In this document: positions 26,902 through 37,069 of the stretch, piece by piece | Position numbering within the stretch: position 1 is the stretch's first letter | Layout of the letters: the number at the start of each line of letters is the position of its first letter | Origin: a virus | DNA length: 64,000 nt | IMG/VR virus record: IMGVR_UViG_3300042731_007310 | Location: 1 to 64,000 of that record | Strand: one strand, 5' to 3' | Made by a program: the position numbers and the translations under genes | Notes under the pieces: generated by a model | The model's input: the letters and a program-made list of their open reading frames with translations, nothing else | Told to the model about the DNA's origin: nothing | Databases searched by the model: none

Positions 26902-27435
26902 ATGCGAACATGGCGATCTTTATTTTTATACATCACCTGTATTGGTGCTGATATTATTGGTTTTATTGGTTTACTTTTGATTTGGTCGATATGGGGTAAG
27001 AATCTTCGATTCGAAAAGAAACCAATAGCACTTGAAGGACAAAAACCTCACCCTGGTAATTGGGCTCTTACGTGTGATGTGAAACAAAAACATCTTTCGA
27101 TTTTCAAATATAGCGGTATGACGATATCGCCACACGCGATCATTTACCGTGAAGGAAAACGTCCGGATGATCTGTATGTATGGTCAAGGATTCAAGAACA
27201 TGAACACTTTCATTGTGAGCAATATGAAGCCGCTTCAATAATCGGGTTCGTAATTCTGATTCTTGGTTTCGTTGGGTGGATTGAAATACTACTGTCAATT
27301 TCTATTTTTATTGTAGCTCCTTGGTTGTATATGGGAGCGGCTTACGTGACTTCTTGGATACGTGGCGAAGATCTTTATAGGGGCGCTCATATCGAAGAAG
27401 GTGCGTACGCAATTGATGACTTTTATGACGATTGA
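26902..27435 (+). CDS. membrane protein with HExxH
   Basis: TM segments; HEHFHCEQ; EEGAY. Confidence 0.65.
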   Translation: MRTWRSLFLYITCIGADIIGFIGLLLIWSIWGKNLRFEKKPIALEGQKPHPGNWALTCDVKQKHLSIFKYSGMTISPHAIIYREGKRPDDLYVWSRIQEHEHFHCEQYEAASIIGFVILILGFVGWIEILLSISIFIVAPWLYMGAAYVTSWIRGEDLYRGAHIEEGAYAIDDFYDD

Positions 27436-27452
27436 TCTACTTTGTTGTATGC

Positions 27453-27537
27453 TGTAGTTATGATGAAAACTACAACTTCAACCCTAGCGAAAGCAGGATT
27501 ACGCGTTGAAGACGGTTCGTAATCTGTCAAGGGTTGA
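27453..27537 (+). other. putative structured RNA leader
   Basis: TGTAGTT/AACTACA hairpin; TCAACCCT/AGGGTTGA stem enclosing GC-GAAA-GC and GATTACG/CGTAATC. Confidence 0.45.
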
Positions 27538-27558
27538 CACTACAAAGGAGAAAGTGAA

Positions 27559-27855
27559 ATGTCTTCAGGTGTACAACTAAGCAAGAATGGTGCTTTCTAT
27601 GGCACTGGTGCAAACATCGATGTTAGGACCGTAGGGTTTCGACCTAGAAGGGTAGAGCTTTACAACGAAGATGGTCTAGCGAAAGCCGTATGGACGGACG
27701 ATATGGCTAACGCGGCTGGATTGAAGCAAATCACCGCTGGAACGATGTCAAAGATGACAGCCGGTATTACGCCCCTTTCTGATGGCTTCAGACTAGGGAC
27801 TGATGCGGATATGAACGTATCCGGTGAAAAGGTTTACTGGGTAGCTCACGAATAA
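27559..27855 (+). CDS. probable virion/structural beta protein
   Basis: Strong RBS; Gly/Thr-rich; VGFRP motif. Confidence 0.6.
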   Translation: MSSGVQLSKNGAFYGTGANIDVRTVGFRPRRVELYNEDGLAKAVWTDDMANAAGLKQITAGTMSKMTAGITPLSDGFRLGTDADMNVSGEKVYWVAHE

Positions 27856-27873
27856 ACCCTTTGCCTATATACC

Positions 27874-27899
27874 GCTAGGCGCTCTTAGGGGCGCCTAGC
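27874..27899 (+). other. intergenic hairpin
   Basis: GCTAGGCGCTC-TTAG-GGGCGCCTAGC; no U tract. Confidence 0.6.
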
Positions 27900-27931
27900 A
27901 ATTCGATCCACTTCAACTAGGAGAGTTTTTC

Positions 27932-28387
27932 ATGGGCTACTTTGATCCAAGAGACGGTAGAAGAAAATCGGATCCATTGAGATCGTTAGATAGAGCACCA
28001 GCATACGCGCCAGACTGGCAACTTCACCGGGTAACGAATGCTCAAGATACGGTTTTTACAGAAAAGAAACATGGCGTAAATTGTGGTCATTATAAATCTG
28101 TAAGATTTGCTATTGTTCCATACGACAATGATCCTACAAGGGTTCCTGGTGCCACACCTGGTGGTTCGGCAAATCCAAATGTTGAGGTTATGATTTGGTC
28201 TGAAAGTGCTGGTGAATTTCTTTCATTTCCTACCGCACTAACCGGAACTGGTGTTGGTGCTGGTGATCCGTATATGGTTGACGTTGAAAATGCAAACGGA
28301 GCAATTTTATTTGTTGCCGTAACGGCCGCACCTGGTGGTGTTGTTGCAATATCAGCACAAGGTTACGAAATCGATCATACGTTGTAA
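27932..28387 (+). CDS. probable virion protein
   Basis: AGGAG RBS; beta-rich. Confidence 0.6.
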   Translation: MGYFDPRDGRRKSDPLRSLDRAPAYAPDWQLHRVTNAQDTVFTEKKHGVNCGHYKSVRFAIVPYDNDPTRVPGATPGGSANPNVEVMIWSESAGEFLSFPTALTGTGVGAGDPYMVDVENANGAILFVAVTAAPGGVVAISAQGYEIDHTL

Positions 28388-28656
28388 TGCCCTTCCCCAA
28401 CGAGCACGCGGCTAGACAAGCCGATCCTGATAGCTTTGATACTTTCCGTAGGGGAAAGCCGAAGGGCTTTCCCCGTGGTATATCTGTTATATTTGGTATA
28501 AAGAATGGTAAATCACGTATTCGGACCATCCGTTTCGATCGTAAACTATGGACTGTTGCGCGCGCTAGAGAGTGGCTAAAAAATCATGGTTTCAAATCAA
28601 CCATAGAAGCCGCTTCGAAAAAAGTAAAAAAAGGTTTTTGGAAAGGGATAATCTAG
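28387..28656 (+). CDS. small head-associated protein with scaffold-like C-terminus
   Basis: PFPNEHAAR domain; ends KKGFWKGII. Confidence 0.7.
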   Translation: MPFPNEHAARQADPDSFDTFRRGKPKGFPRGISVIFGIKNGKSRIRTIRFDRKLWTVARAREWLKNHGFKSTIEAASKKVKKGFWKGII

Positions 28657-28695
28657 TATCGTTATGTTCAACTTCAAATTTACAAGGGACTTCTA

Positions 28696-30168
28696 ATGTC
28701 CCTTGCACTATCCATACCGACTGAAAAACAGATTCGTAAGGCCGATAGGGTCCAATTGGAAACTTACTATCGCGATACGTATCAGACTAGGGATGGATGG
28801 ATTAGAAAACAAGTTTTAGAAAACAACAGGATTGACATACTGGCTATTGAAGTTCTTGGAAAGCAAATAGAACCTTTTCATTTGTCACTTCTGAAATATC
28901 AATTTGCTCATCCAGAAAATTTACAATTGTGTTTCCGTGGCGCTGGTAAATCAACCGTTTGTACTGAAATAAAAACGATACACTTACTTCTGAAAAATCC
29001 AAACCTAAGAATATTGATTGCTTCTAAAACTATAGCTAATGCTAAAGGATTTTTAAAAAATATAAAATCTCATTTTGAAACTAACCAAAGGTTAGAAGAG
29101 ATATTTGGTCAATACTATGATCCACGTCGAGTAGGAAAATGGGATGAAGTAGAAATAGAAGTGTTGCCAAGGACAATAGTTGCCAAAGAAGCATCAGTTA
29201 CTTGTGTTGGTGTTGAAGGTACTGTTGTTTCTAAACACTACGATATAATAATATCTGATGATTTGATTGATGAAGAAAACAGTAGAAGTAAGCTTCAAAG
29301 GGACAAAACACGTACGTGGTTTTACAACACGTTGATGCCAACGTTAGAACCGCCAGATCCGGAAGTGGAACACCGTGGTGAACATCATATGTTAGGGACT
29401 CGCTATCATTATGACGATTTATATGGTCATCTAATAGATAACGAATTGAAGGAACACCACCAAATAATTCCAGCGCTTGATAATAACGGCCGTAGTCCAT
29501 GGCCTAAAAAGTTTTCGCCTAAGTGGTTTGCGGAAAAACGTAAGCGTTCCGGACTAATCATCTTCAACTGTCAATATCAGTGTGACACCGAAGCGATGAA
29601 GGGCGAGATCTTCCAATATGATCAGTGTCAACAAATATCTGAAGAAGAATGGCCAGATCACAAGAATCTTCGCGTTTTTATGGGTGTTGATCTTGCTATT
29701 AGCGAAAGTGAATCAGCCGATAAATTCGCTATAGTAGTCATAGGAATAAATAGAGACAGAAGTGCTTACTACGTTCTAGATTATTATGAAAATCAATTGA
29801 GATTCAAAGAACAGACAAAAAAGATACTGGAATACTATCGAAGATGGCGACCTATTAGGTGTGCAATCGAGACAAATCAATATCAAGCCGCACAATATCA
29901 AACCTTGAAGGAAAAGAATCCAGATATTCGACTGAAGAAGGTTCAAACTGACAAAGACAAAATAACGAGAGCTTGGAAATTGTCGTCAATTTTTGAAGAC
30001 AATAGAGTGTTTTTTAGGAAGGGAATACAGGCATTATTGATAGAGCATATGGTTCTATTCCCAAACCATAGGTATAAAGATCTCTTTGATGCTTTCGATT
30101 TATCGGTACAAGCGAGTAAAATGAAACGAAAAAGGCGTAGAAGAGAAACGGAACCGGGAGTAATGTAA
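28696..30168 (+). CDS. terL: terminase large subunit
   Basis: FRGAGKST (Walker A), IISDDLID (Walker B), GTRY, GVDLA, DLFDA. Confidence 0.95.
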   Translation: MSLALSIPTEKQIRKADRVQLETYYRDTYQTRDGWIRKQVLENNRIDILAIEVLGKQIEPFHLSLLKYQFAHPENLQLCFRGAGKSTVCTEIKTIHLLLKNPNLRILIASKTIANAKGFLKNIKSHFETNQRLEEIFGQYYDPRRVGKWDEVEIEVLPRTIVAKEASVTCVGVEGTVVSKHYDIIISDDLIDEENSRSKLQRDKTRTWFYNTLMPTLEPPDPEVEHRGEHHMLGTRYHYDDLYGHLIDNELKEHHQIIPALDNNGRSPWPKKFSPKWFAEKRKRSGLIIFNCQYQCDTEAMKGEIFQYDQCQQISEEEWPDHKNLRVFMGVDLAISESESADKFAIVVIGINRDRSAYYVLDYYENQLRFKEQTKKILEYYRRWRPIRCAIETNQYQAAQYQTLKEKNPDIRLKKVQTDKDKITRAWKLSSIFEDNRVFFRKGIQALLIEHMVLFPNHRYKDLFDAFDLSVQASKMKRKRRRRETEPGVM

Positions 30169-30169
30169 A

Positions 30170-32020
30170 ATGGACAAATCAGAACAACATAAGGCTACTA
30201 TTTCGTCCAATAAAGCAAACAAGAAAGCGCTTCAGAAGGTTCGCGCTTTAGTAATAGACGTAAGTAAATCTGGTGCGGCTAATGGTTTGACAAGTAGTAA
30301 TGCTGAACCTGGTAGATCTGAAGCTTTACCTGAAGAACCGTTTCACGCATTAGGGCATATGGGGAAAATACTTCTTCCGCCTTTCGATATGCTTACGTTG
30401 TCAATGTTGGTTGAGAATAATAGCGAGCTAAATCAGTGTATAGAAGCGATGGAAACCAATATTGACGCAACCGGTCATAGGTTCATTTCTAGGCTAAGAA
30501 TGGATGATATAACACCTACAAGTAATGATTCGGGTGAATCACAAGGAGAGCTTACACCGGAACAAGAAAAACTTATCTTGAACGCAAAGAAAGAAAAGGT
30601 TGGTTTGATCAATTTCTTTACCTATGCGACTTCAGAAAGTTTCGTTTCTTTTCGTAGAAAGTTGAGAAAAGATATTGAGTCAACAGGAAATTGTTACTTT
30701 GAAATAATCCGGAATGACGCTGGACAGATTCAGGGTTTTACTCATTTGCCTAGCTATCAAATGAGAATAGGTAAATTAGAAGAAGAACCCGTTGAATCTG
30801 AAAGGAGTATTCTAGAACTTCAAATAGACGGATCTGTGAAAATAAAAAAGCAAAAAGTAATTCGAAGATTCAGAAACTATGTTCAAAGTAGATCTATTCA
30901 TCAGGGAAGGGCTCAATCATCCATTACTGGTCATAAGGTTGTTTGGTTCAAAGAATTTGGTGATCCAAGATTCTACAGTAAAAGAGATGGTAAAGAAAGG
31001 AAGAGAATACAAAAAGAAGATAGGGCTACTGAAGTAATGCATCTAAAAATTTATAGCCCTAGAAGTGCTTACGGATTACCGCGATACATTGGTAATCTAC
31101 TTTCAATATTTGGTGATCGTGCGGCTGAAGAAATAAATTGGATAACCTTCAAGAACAACAACATACCTAGTATGGTTATTGCTGTATCAAATGGGCAATT
31201 GACACAAGCAAGCGTAGAAAGAATTCAATCATTTGTTGAGTCTCAAATACAAGGATCTGACAACTATTCAAAGTTTCTTTTGGTTGAAGCTGAATCGTTG
31301 GGTGAAGAAGAAGGTGAAGATGGTGGTCAGGTAAAGATAGATATAAAGCCATTGACAGATAACCAACATAATGACGCACTATTTCAAAATTATAGTGAAA
31401 ATAATCAAGATAAAATTAGGCGTGCTTTTAGACTTCCACCTATTTTCGTTGGAAAAGCAAAGGACTATACGCGCGCTACCGCTGAATCTTCAAGACGATT
31501 AGCTGATGAACAAATATTCAAACCAGAAAGAGACGAATTCGACGAATGTATAAACAGAATGTTGTTTCCAGAAATGGGTATAATTTATCATAAGTATAGG
31601 AGTAATACGCCAAACACCACGGATAACGCTCAATTAGTGAAGATTCTTGGTGGTGCCGAAAAGACTGGTGGTATAACTCCGCGAATTGCAAGGTTCATAA
31701 TCGAAGATATTTTAGGTATAGACCTTCCGGACTTTCCGGATGATTTCCCCGCTGATGTTCCATTCTCTATGACTATGGCGCAAGCCGTAAAGAACAAGGC
31801 CGATCCGACTGAACCCGGTCAACAGGTCACAGCATTGAAGACATTGAAGTCACTTGGAATAATCGACGATGACGGTGATTTTGATTTGGCAAGTCTTGAA
31901 CTTGAGGATCTGGATGAGAGTGATCCTGAAAGTGTAATGGACGTTGCTAAAAAATTGTTGTCATTGAACAGAGCGGCTGAAATTTTGTGGCGTCAAAAAG
32001 TTATGGAAGAAGTTGAATGA
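30170..32020 (+). CDS. portal protein (PBSX type)
   Basis: GNCYFEIIRN, YGLPRYIG, FRLPPIFVG, YTRATA; follows TerL. Confidence 0.93.
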   Translation: MDKSEQHKATISSNKANKKALQKVRALVIDVSKSGAANGLTSSNAEPGRSEALPEEPFHALGHMGKILLPPFDMLTLSMLVENNSELNQCIEAMETNIDATGHRFISRLRMDDITPTSNDSGESQGELTPEQEKLILNAKKEKVGLINFFTYATSESFVSFRRKLRKDIESTGNCYFEIIRNDAGQIQGFTHLPSYQMRIGKLEEEPVESERSILELQIDGSVKIKKQKVIRRFRNYVQSRSIHQGRAQSSITGHKVVWFKEFGDPRFYSKRDGKERKRIQKEDRATEVMHLKIYSPRSAYGLPRYIGNLLSIFGDRAAEEINWITFKNNNIPSMVIAVSNGQLTQASVERIQSFVESQIQGSDNYSKFLLVEAESLGEEEGEDGGQVKIDIKPLTDNQHNDALFQNYSENNQDKIRRAFRLPPIFVGKAKDYTRATAESSRRLADEQIFKPERDEFDECINRMLFPEMGIIYHKYRSNTPNTTDNAQLVKILGGAEKTGGITPRIARFIIEDILGIDLPDFPDDFPADVPFSMTMAQAVKNKADPTEPGQQVTALKTLKSLGIIDDDGDFDLASLELEDLDESDPESVMDVAKKLLSLNRAAEILWRQKVMEEVE

Positions 32021-33249
32021 AAACGGTCGATTTATACCACGGACTTCATTGTGAATGTTGTTCTAGTCGTATCAATATTCTTCATGATGTTTTAGCGTAT
32101 TCTGATGAAGCCATAGCTAAGGCGTTGATGATAAGCGACGTTGCACATATGGCAAGGATTGAAGTGCGTATGCGCGAATACCTTTTGTCAAAATGGAGAT
32201 TACGCGCAGATCAAGCGGCTAAAAAGGCTGGTGGTGTATACGCGAGTACGGGATCTTTGAAAACGTCTTTCGCGGCTGTAGACAAAATAATGGATAAATG
32301 GGATGAAGAAGTAGCCGTTCGTTTTGGTAAAGATATAGGAGAAATTTACAAGTTAGCTAGAAATGCCGGTTGGAAAAAAGCAAACGGTCAAACTTCAGCT
32401 TCACTACAATATATTGTTCCTAACTTCACCGAAGAACTGGAAGAAAAGGTGAAGAAGGCAAAAAAAATAAAAAGAAGGGTTGCCGCTGTAAAACCTTCTT
32501 TCGACTTGTTTGATGAACAAGCCGTGATGCAACTACAAGACGATCAAATGTTATGGATAGGAGTTCATTACAATAAGAATGTAAGAGACACTGTAAGGGA
32601 ATCGGTAAAACCTAGTGTAGTAGAAGGGGTAAGTAGAACTGAAGCCGGAAGGCGTGTGGCTGAAGCCGTTGGAAAACAACTGAGAAAAATAACGGTCCCT
32701 GGTGGATTCAACGGATCTGATGCAAAGTATTTTGAAGGTTTAGCCGCTAATACGGCTACCAATAGTCGCGTTCGTGGTCAATTACGAAGCTTCGTTGATG
32801 TAGGGGTTACCAGATATGAAATAATGAATCCAATGGATAACAGAACTTCACCCATTTGTGCTTATATGAATGGAAAGGTTTTTACTATTAGAGAAGGGGC
32901 CTCACTAATCGCTAAAGTTTCTGGTGCTACTAATCCAGATCAGGTAAAAGAAGCTCACCCATGGGTATCAACAACGGAAGCAAAAAGAATAGGTAGTGGT
33001 GGTGAAAGAGCCCTTGCTAAAGCTGGTTTATCACTTCCACCATATCATTTTCGTTGTAGAAGCACGGTAGACATATCTACTGAATCTGTTTCATTTGGTT
33101 CGTTATCGAAAGCCGAAATGATAGACGTTCCTAGTCGTAAACAACCGACTAGACAAAATACTCCAAAGAATAGAAAGCCTACTTCAAAACCAAAGCAATC
33201 CAAACCTACCAAACGTCCTGCAACACTTCCGGAAATTGGTAAAGTTTGA
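32017..33249 (+). CDS. MuF/SPP1 gp7-like head morphogenesis protein
   Basis: DNRTSPIC..NG; PPYHFRCRS. Confidence 0.9.
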   Translation: MKTVDLYHGLHCECCSSRINILHDVLAYSDEAIAKALMISDVAHMARIEVRMREYLLSKWRLRADQAAKKAGGVYASTGSLKTSFAAVDKIMDKWDEEVAVRFGKDIGEIYKLARNAGWKKANGQTSASLQYIVPNFTEELEEKVKKAKKIKRRVAAVKPSFDLFDEQAVMQLQDDQMLWIGVHYNKNVRDTVRESVKPSVVEGVSRTEAGRRVAEAVGKQLRKITVPGGFNGSDAKYFEGLAANTATNSRVRGQLRSFVDVGVTRYEIMNPMDNRTSPICAYMNGKVFTIREGASLIAKVSGATNPDQVKEAHPWVSTTEAKRIGSGGERALAKAGLSLPPYHFRCRSTVDISTESVSFGSLSKAEMIDVPSRKQPTRQNTPKNRKPTSKPKQSKPTKRPATLPEIGKV

Positions 33250-33281
33250 AGGTCTAGCGGATATCACGCTATCATAAAAAT

Positions 33282-33821
33282 ATGAACGATATTGCGCGCC
33301 ACATTGAAGGCATAGCTGAATGTGTCAGAAAAACAACCGTTCCAGCGCTTAGAGAAGAAGCGCGAAAAGAAATGGTTGTTGATACAGAAAAAGATACGTC
33401 TACAGAAAATTCACCAGATGAACAGAAGTCCGTAAAAAAGCAGATAGAAGTTTCGATCGCTAAAGCAGACGAAGAACAACAGACGGTTACTGGTATTGTA
33501 CTTCAGCCTGAAGTGGTGGATGGTCAAGGCGATATCATGTCTGAAGAAGTTATTAGAGATAGCGCTTATGCTTTTCTGATGAACTTCAATAAGGCAACCA
33601 AATTAGGCATTCAGCACAATAAATTCCCTGTTGGAAAACTTGCGTTGGTTGAAAGTTGGCTTTCTCCTATGGAAATGGCAATAGGTACTAAGACGGTCAA
33701 ACAGGGTTCTTGGATTATGACCGTAAAAATACTGGACAAAAAACTTTGGGAGAAAGTAAAGAAGGGTGAAATAACCGGCTTTAGTATTGGTGGTAAGGCC
33801 AAGGTTGTTGCATCAACATAG
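33282..33821 (+). CDS. XkdF-like prohead serine protease
   Basis: VLQPEVVDGQGD, QH, VESW, GEITGFSIGG. Confidence 0.9.
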   Translation: MNDIARHIEGIAECVRKTTVPALREEARKEMVVDTEKDTSTENSPDEQKSVKKQIEVSIAKADEEQQTVTGIVLQPEVVDGQGDIMSEEVIRDSAYAFLMNFNKATKLGIQHNKFPVGKLALVESWLSPMEMAIGTKTVKQGSWIMTVKILDKKLWEKVKKGEITGFSIGGKAKVVAST

Positions 33822-33837
33822 CAAGGAAACCAAAATC

Positions 33838-34797
33838 ATGCCTAAGAAACCTACGAGAAGATTTCTAAAATTAGATACCAATGAGGTATCGTTAGTTGAT
33901 GTTCCAGCAAACGAAGTTCCGTTTCTGGTTACTAAAAATCAAGATCAAATGGAGAATGATAACATGAGTGCACAAGCCGGAAATCAAAACATCGACGGTG
34001 AAAGTGTTCAAGTGCAAGTTGACGGTTCCGAAAGTTCCGTTCAAAAGGCAATAGAACATGTTAATTCTATCGTCGAAAATATCACGAAAGTTGTCACCGT
34101 AAAAAACCAGGGAGCGGAAGGAAACGAACAAGATAACGCTCAATCGGCCGATTCCGGTGATACCACAGATGTTAGCAAGGCTACGATCAAGTCCGTACTT
34201 TCTGCTTTAGGAATGAGCGGAGATGATATGAAAAAGGCTTGCGACAAATTGAAGGCGGCTGGATTCAATCCAAATCAGCAATTCCCTTCAGCACAACCAC
34301 CTGTCAAAAAGGATGCAAAGGGTGAAGGTTCTGAAGGTGAAACGGAAACACAAAAGTCTGATACCGATTCTGTCGTACAGGATCAACCGCTTACCATGCA
34401 ATCGCTAGCTGAAGCTGTTCAAAAAGCAGCGGCTTTTACGCCTAGCAGAATAGAACAACTGAAGAATGCTCAGGAAATCTTGAAGCTTGTTCTTGAAGCG
34501 GTTGCTCCCAATACATCACCCAAAACAAAAGTTCCGGGTGTTGAGAGTCATAGCAATCCGAGTGCCGTAAGCGATCTTTCTCAACCGACCAAGAAGCCGG
34601 TTATGAAGAATGCTGATGATAACGGAGAATTTGTTACAGCACTCAAAGCGCTAGCTGATGGCGTAAAGACCCTAACGGAACGTGTCGAGAATATCGAAAA
34701 GACTCGTAACGCTAGCAATAGCGTAGAAGATGACGGTGACACTGACACCAATACGGATACACAAAAGAGTAAAGGCCTTTGGAACGGACTTCTGTAG
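33838..34797 (+). CDS. scaffold protein with N-terminal protease fragment
   Basis: EVSLVDVPAN at the N-terminus; low-complexity body; directly upstream of the capsid gene; ends KGLWNGLL. Confidence 0.75.
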   Translation: MPKKPTRRFLKLDTNEVSLVDVPANEVPFLVTKNQDQMENDNMSAQAGNQNIDGESVQVQVDGSESSVQKAIEHVNSIVENITKVVTVKNQGAEGNEQDNAQSADSGDTTDVSKATIKSVLSALGMSGDDMKKACDKLKAAGFNPNQQFPSAQPPVKKDAKGEGSEGETETQKSDTDSVVQDQPLTMQSLAEAVQKAAAFTPSRIEQLKNAQEILKLVLEAVAPNTSPKTKVPGVESHSNPSAVSDLSQPTKKPVMKNADDNGEFVTALKALADGVKTLTERVENIEKTRNASNSVEDDGDTDTNTDTQKSKGLWNGLL

Positions 34798-34849
34798 AGA
34801 ATAACGGTCACAAGGCGCAAACAAAAGAAACTTTCAAGGAGAAACAGAA

Positions 34850-36052
34850 ATGACTATTTCAAATGAGGACATTGTCAGCAAGGCGGCAATCACCGCTGAT
34901 GCAATAGCGGCAAGCGGAAAGTTGAACAATGCGCAATCAGATCGTTTCATCGATTTTGTTATTGATGAGACCGTTCTAAAGGACAACGCGCGTATCGTTC
35001 GGTTCCGAAACGAAAATCTAGAAATCGATAAAATCGGTGTTGGCCGACGTGTGGCCGTACCGAAGTCTGAAGCGGTTGACCCACAGGTTAGACGCGGAAT
35101 CACGACTTCAAAAGTTACTTTGACTCCGCACGAATTATGCGTTCCGTTCGAGATCGGTGATAGCTTCAGAGAGCTGAATATCGAAGGTGATAGCATCGAA
35201 GAAACAATTATCCGATTGATGGCTACGCAACTTGCAAACGATCTGGAAGATCTATACATCAATGGTAACGAACTAGGTCCAGCGGTTCCACAATCCGATA
35301 TTTTGGAAAATGGAAGTTCAGACGAAGTCAAAGATGCATACTTGGCACTCTGTGACGGTTGGTCTATTCTCGCTGATGGTTCGAACATCGTTGACGCGCA
35401 AGGCCAAAATATCGGTCTATCGATTTTCAGCAAAGCAATCCGAGCCATGCCGACCAAATTTAGACGGAATCGATCGGCTCTACGGTGGTTTATCAGTCCG
35501 GACCTTTGGCAGCTATACCTAGAGAAGTTGTCAACGCGCGCTACCGCGTTGGGTGATGACGCTGCTAGGGGTGGTGGTGGAATGCCTGGACCTTTCGGAA
35601 TTACCGCTGTTCCAGTTCCGTTGTGGGAGTTTGAACCGCTTACGGTTGAACATGTGACCTTGACCGGAACAACCGCTGTAGCTCTAGCTAACGCCCCTGT
35701 AGTTGACGTTGTAGTTCATCCGGAAACGTTGGATAAGGTTCCTACCGTTGCTTATGTTGAAGGCGCTGGTAATGACTATATCCTTGACGCAACCAACGGA
35801 ACGATAGCTCGTGACGGTGCTAGTACAATTGGTAGTGGCGATACGGTCAAAGTAACCTACCGTTCGAATCCACAGATTCTATTGACCCATATGAATAACA
35901 TGATCATTGGTATCGGACGTGATATCAGAATCGAAAAGGATCGTGATATCTATAAGGGCGTGAATCAGTATGCGATTACCGCGAAAGTTGACGTAGAATA
36001 TGAGGAACTTACGGCAATCGTGAAGGTTAGAAACATCGGAAAGGGTGTATAA
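34850..36052 (+). CDS. major capsid protein (HK97 fold, XkdG-like) with inserted beta domain
   Basis: GKLNNAQSDRFID, NIEG, ANDLEDLYING, AMPTKF, RDIRIE. Confidence 0.92.
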   Translation: MTISNEDIVSKAAITADAIAASGKLNNAQSDRFIDFVIDETVLKDNARIVRFRNENLEIDKIGVGRRVAVPKSEAVDPQVRRGITTSKVTLTPHELCVPFEIGDSFRELNIEGDSIEETIIRLMATQLANDLEDLYINGNELGPAVPQSDILENGSSDEVKDAYLALCDGWSILADGSNIVDAQGQNIGLSIFSKAIRAMPTKFRRNRSALRWFISPDLWQLYLEKLSTRATALGDDAARGGGGMPGPFGITAVPVPLWEFEPLTVEHVTLTGTTAVALANAPVVDVVVHPETLDKVPTVAYVEGAGNDYILDATNGTIARDGASTIGSGDTVKVTYRSNPQILLTHMNNMIIGIGRDIRIEKDRDIYKGVNQYAITAKVDVEYEELTAIVKVRNIGKGV

Positions 36053-36136
36053 TTACTACCCAAAAATAAGCTTGTGATGTATTTTCACTAAGCAACAACG
36101 ATCATTTTGATTGATCCAAACAAGGAGATTCAAGAA

Positions 36137-36625
36137 ATGGCAAAAGGTTTTCAAGCAAAAATACAGTTATCTAAGACAAAACGCGCCCCCGTATCCCACA
36201 CGGGATTTAGGGGGCGTTTCGTCAAAAAGGGCGATAGCTTCATCACAACGGATCCCGTTGAAGTTCGGTATTATCAGTCTCAACCTGGTTTTAGCATAGC
36301 GATCTTATCGGGAAAGTTTACGGCTAAACCGGTTCAAGAAGAAGAGATTGATGAAGATATCGACGAACGGGATGACGAAGATGAAGTTGAAGAAGAAGAC
36401 GAAGAACGTAACGAAGAAGTAGATGGTCTTTACGAAAAAGCAGACCTGAAAAAAATGAGTCAAAAGGATTTGAAAAAACTCATAAAAGACGATGACGAAC
36501 TTCCGTTGACGTTGAAGGATATTCCGAAGAAGGCGAGCAAAAACGAAATAATCGATTTGATTTTGGAAGCACAAAATCAATCGGACGATGACGACGAAGA
36601 AGACGACGAAGAAGACGACGAATAA
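36137..36625 (+). CDS. acidic protein with Rho_N/HeH-like helical domain
   Basis: LKKMSQKDLKKL..SKNEIIDLIL; D/E tracts. Confidence 0.6.
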   Translation: MAKGFQAKIQLSKTKRAPVSHTGFRGRFVKKGDSFITTDPVEVRYYQSQPGFSIAILSGKFTAKPVQEEEIDEDIDERDDEDEVEEEDEERNEEVDGLYEKADLKKMSQKDLKKLIKDDDELPLTLKDIPKKASKNEIIDLILEAQNQSDDDDEEDDEEDDE

Positions 36626-36658
36626 GCCGTATCATTGTCGCTTCAGGGAGATTGAACC

Positions 36659-37039
36659 ATGTTTTTTATCAAATTCGGACATAACGCTTCAATCCAACAG
36701 GTTGAAGGATTTCCGAAAGATTGTGAGCGTTCGTGTGAAGGCGCTCTACATGTGAGACCAGGGGCGACAAAAAATGTCACAAAATCCGAATTGGAACGAC
36801 TTCAAGAATTGAAAATTCCCCTGATGGTTATACGCGAGCCAGTAAAAGTCAAAGTGGTCGAATCAGAATCAACAGAATTGCCCAGTGACGATGTTGAAAT
36901 CATACTTTCTACGCCATACGACGAAAATTCTGATCTATCGGTCGTAGAAAACTTTGACGCCTTAGAAGGGCATTCTGTGGACTCTGAAGAAGATTCAGAC
37001 CAAAAAGAGAAAAAGGGGAAAAAGCGAAAGAAGTACTAG
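36659..37039 (+). CDS. hypothetical head-module protein
   Basis: GGGAG RBS. Confidence 0.7.
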   Translation: MFFIKFGHNASIQQVEGFPKDCERSCEGALHVRPGATKNVTKSELERLQELKIPLMVIREPVKVKVVESESTELPSDDVEIILSTPYDENSDLSVVENFDALEGHSVDSEEDSDQKEKKGKKRKKY

Positions 37040-37069
37040 TTCCGATCGGCTCCAACCGAAAGAACTGTT

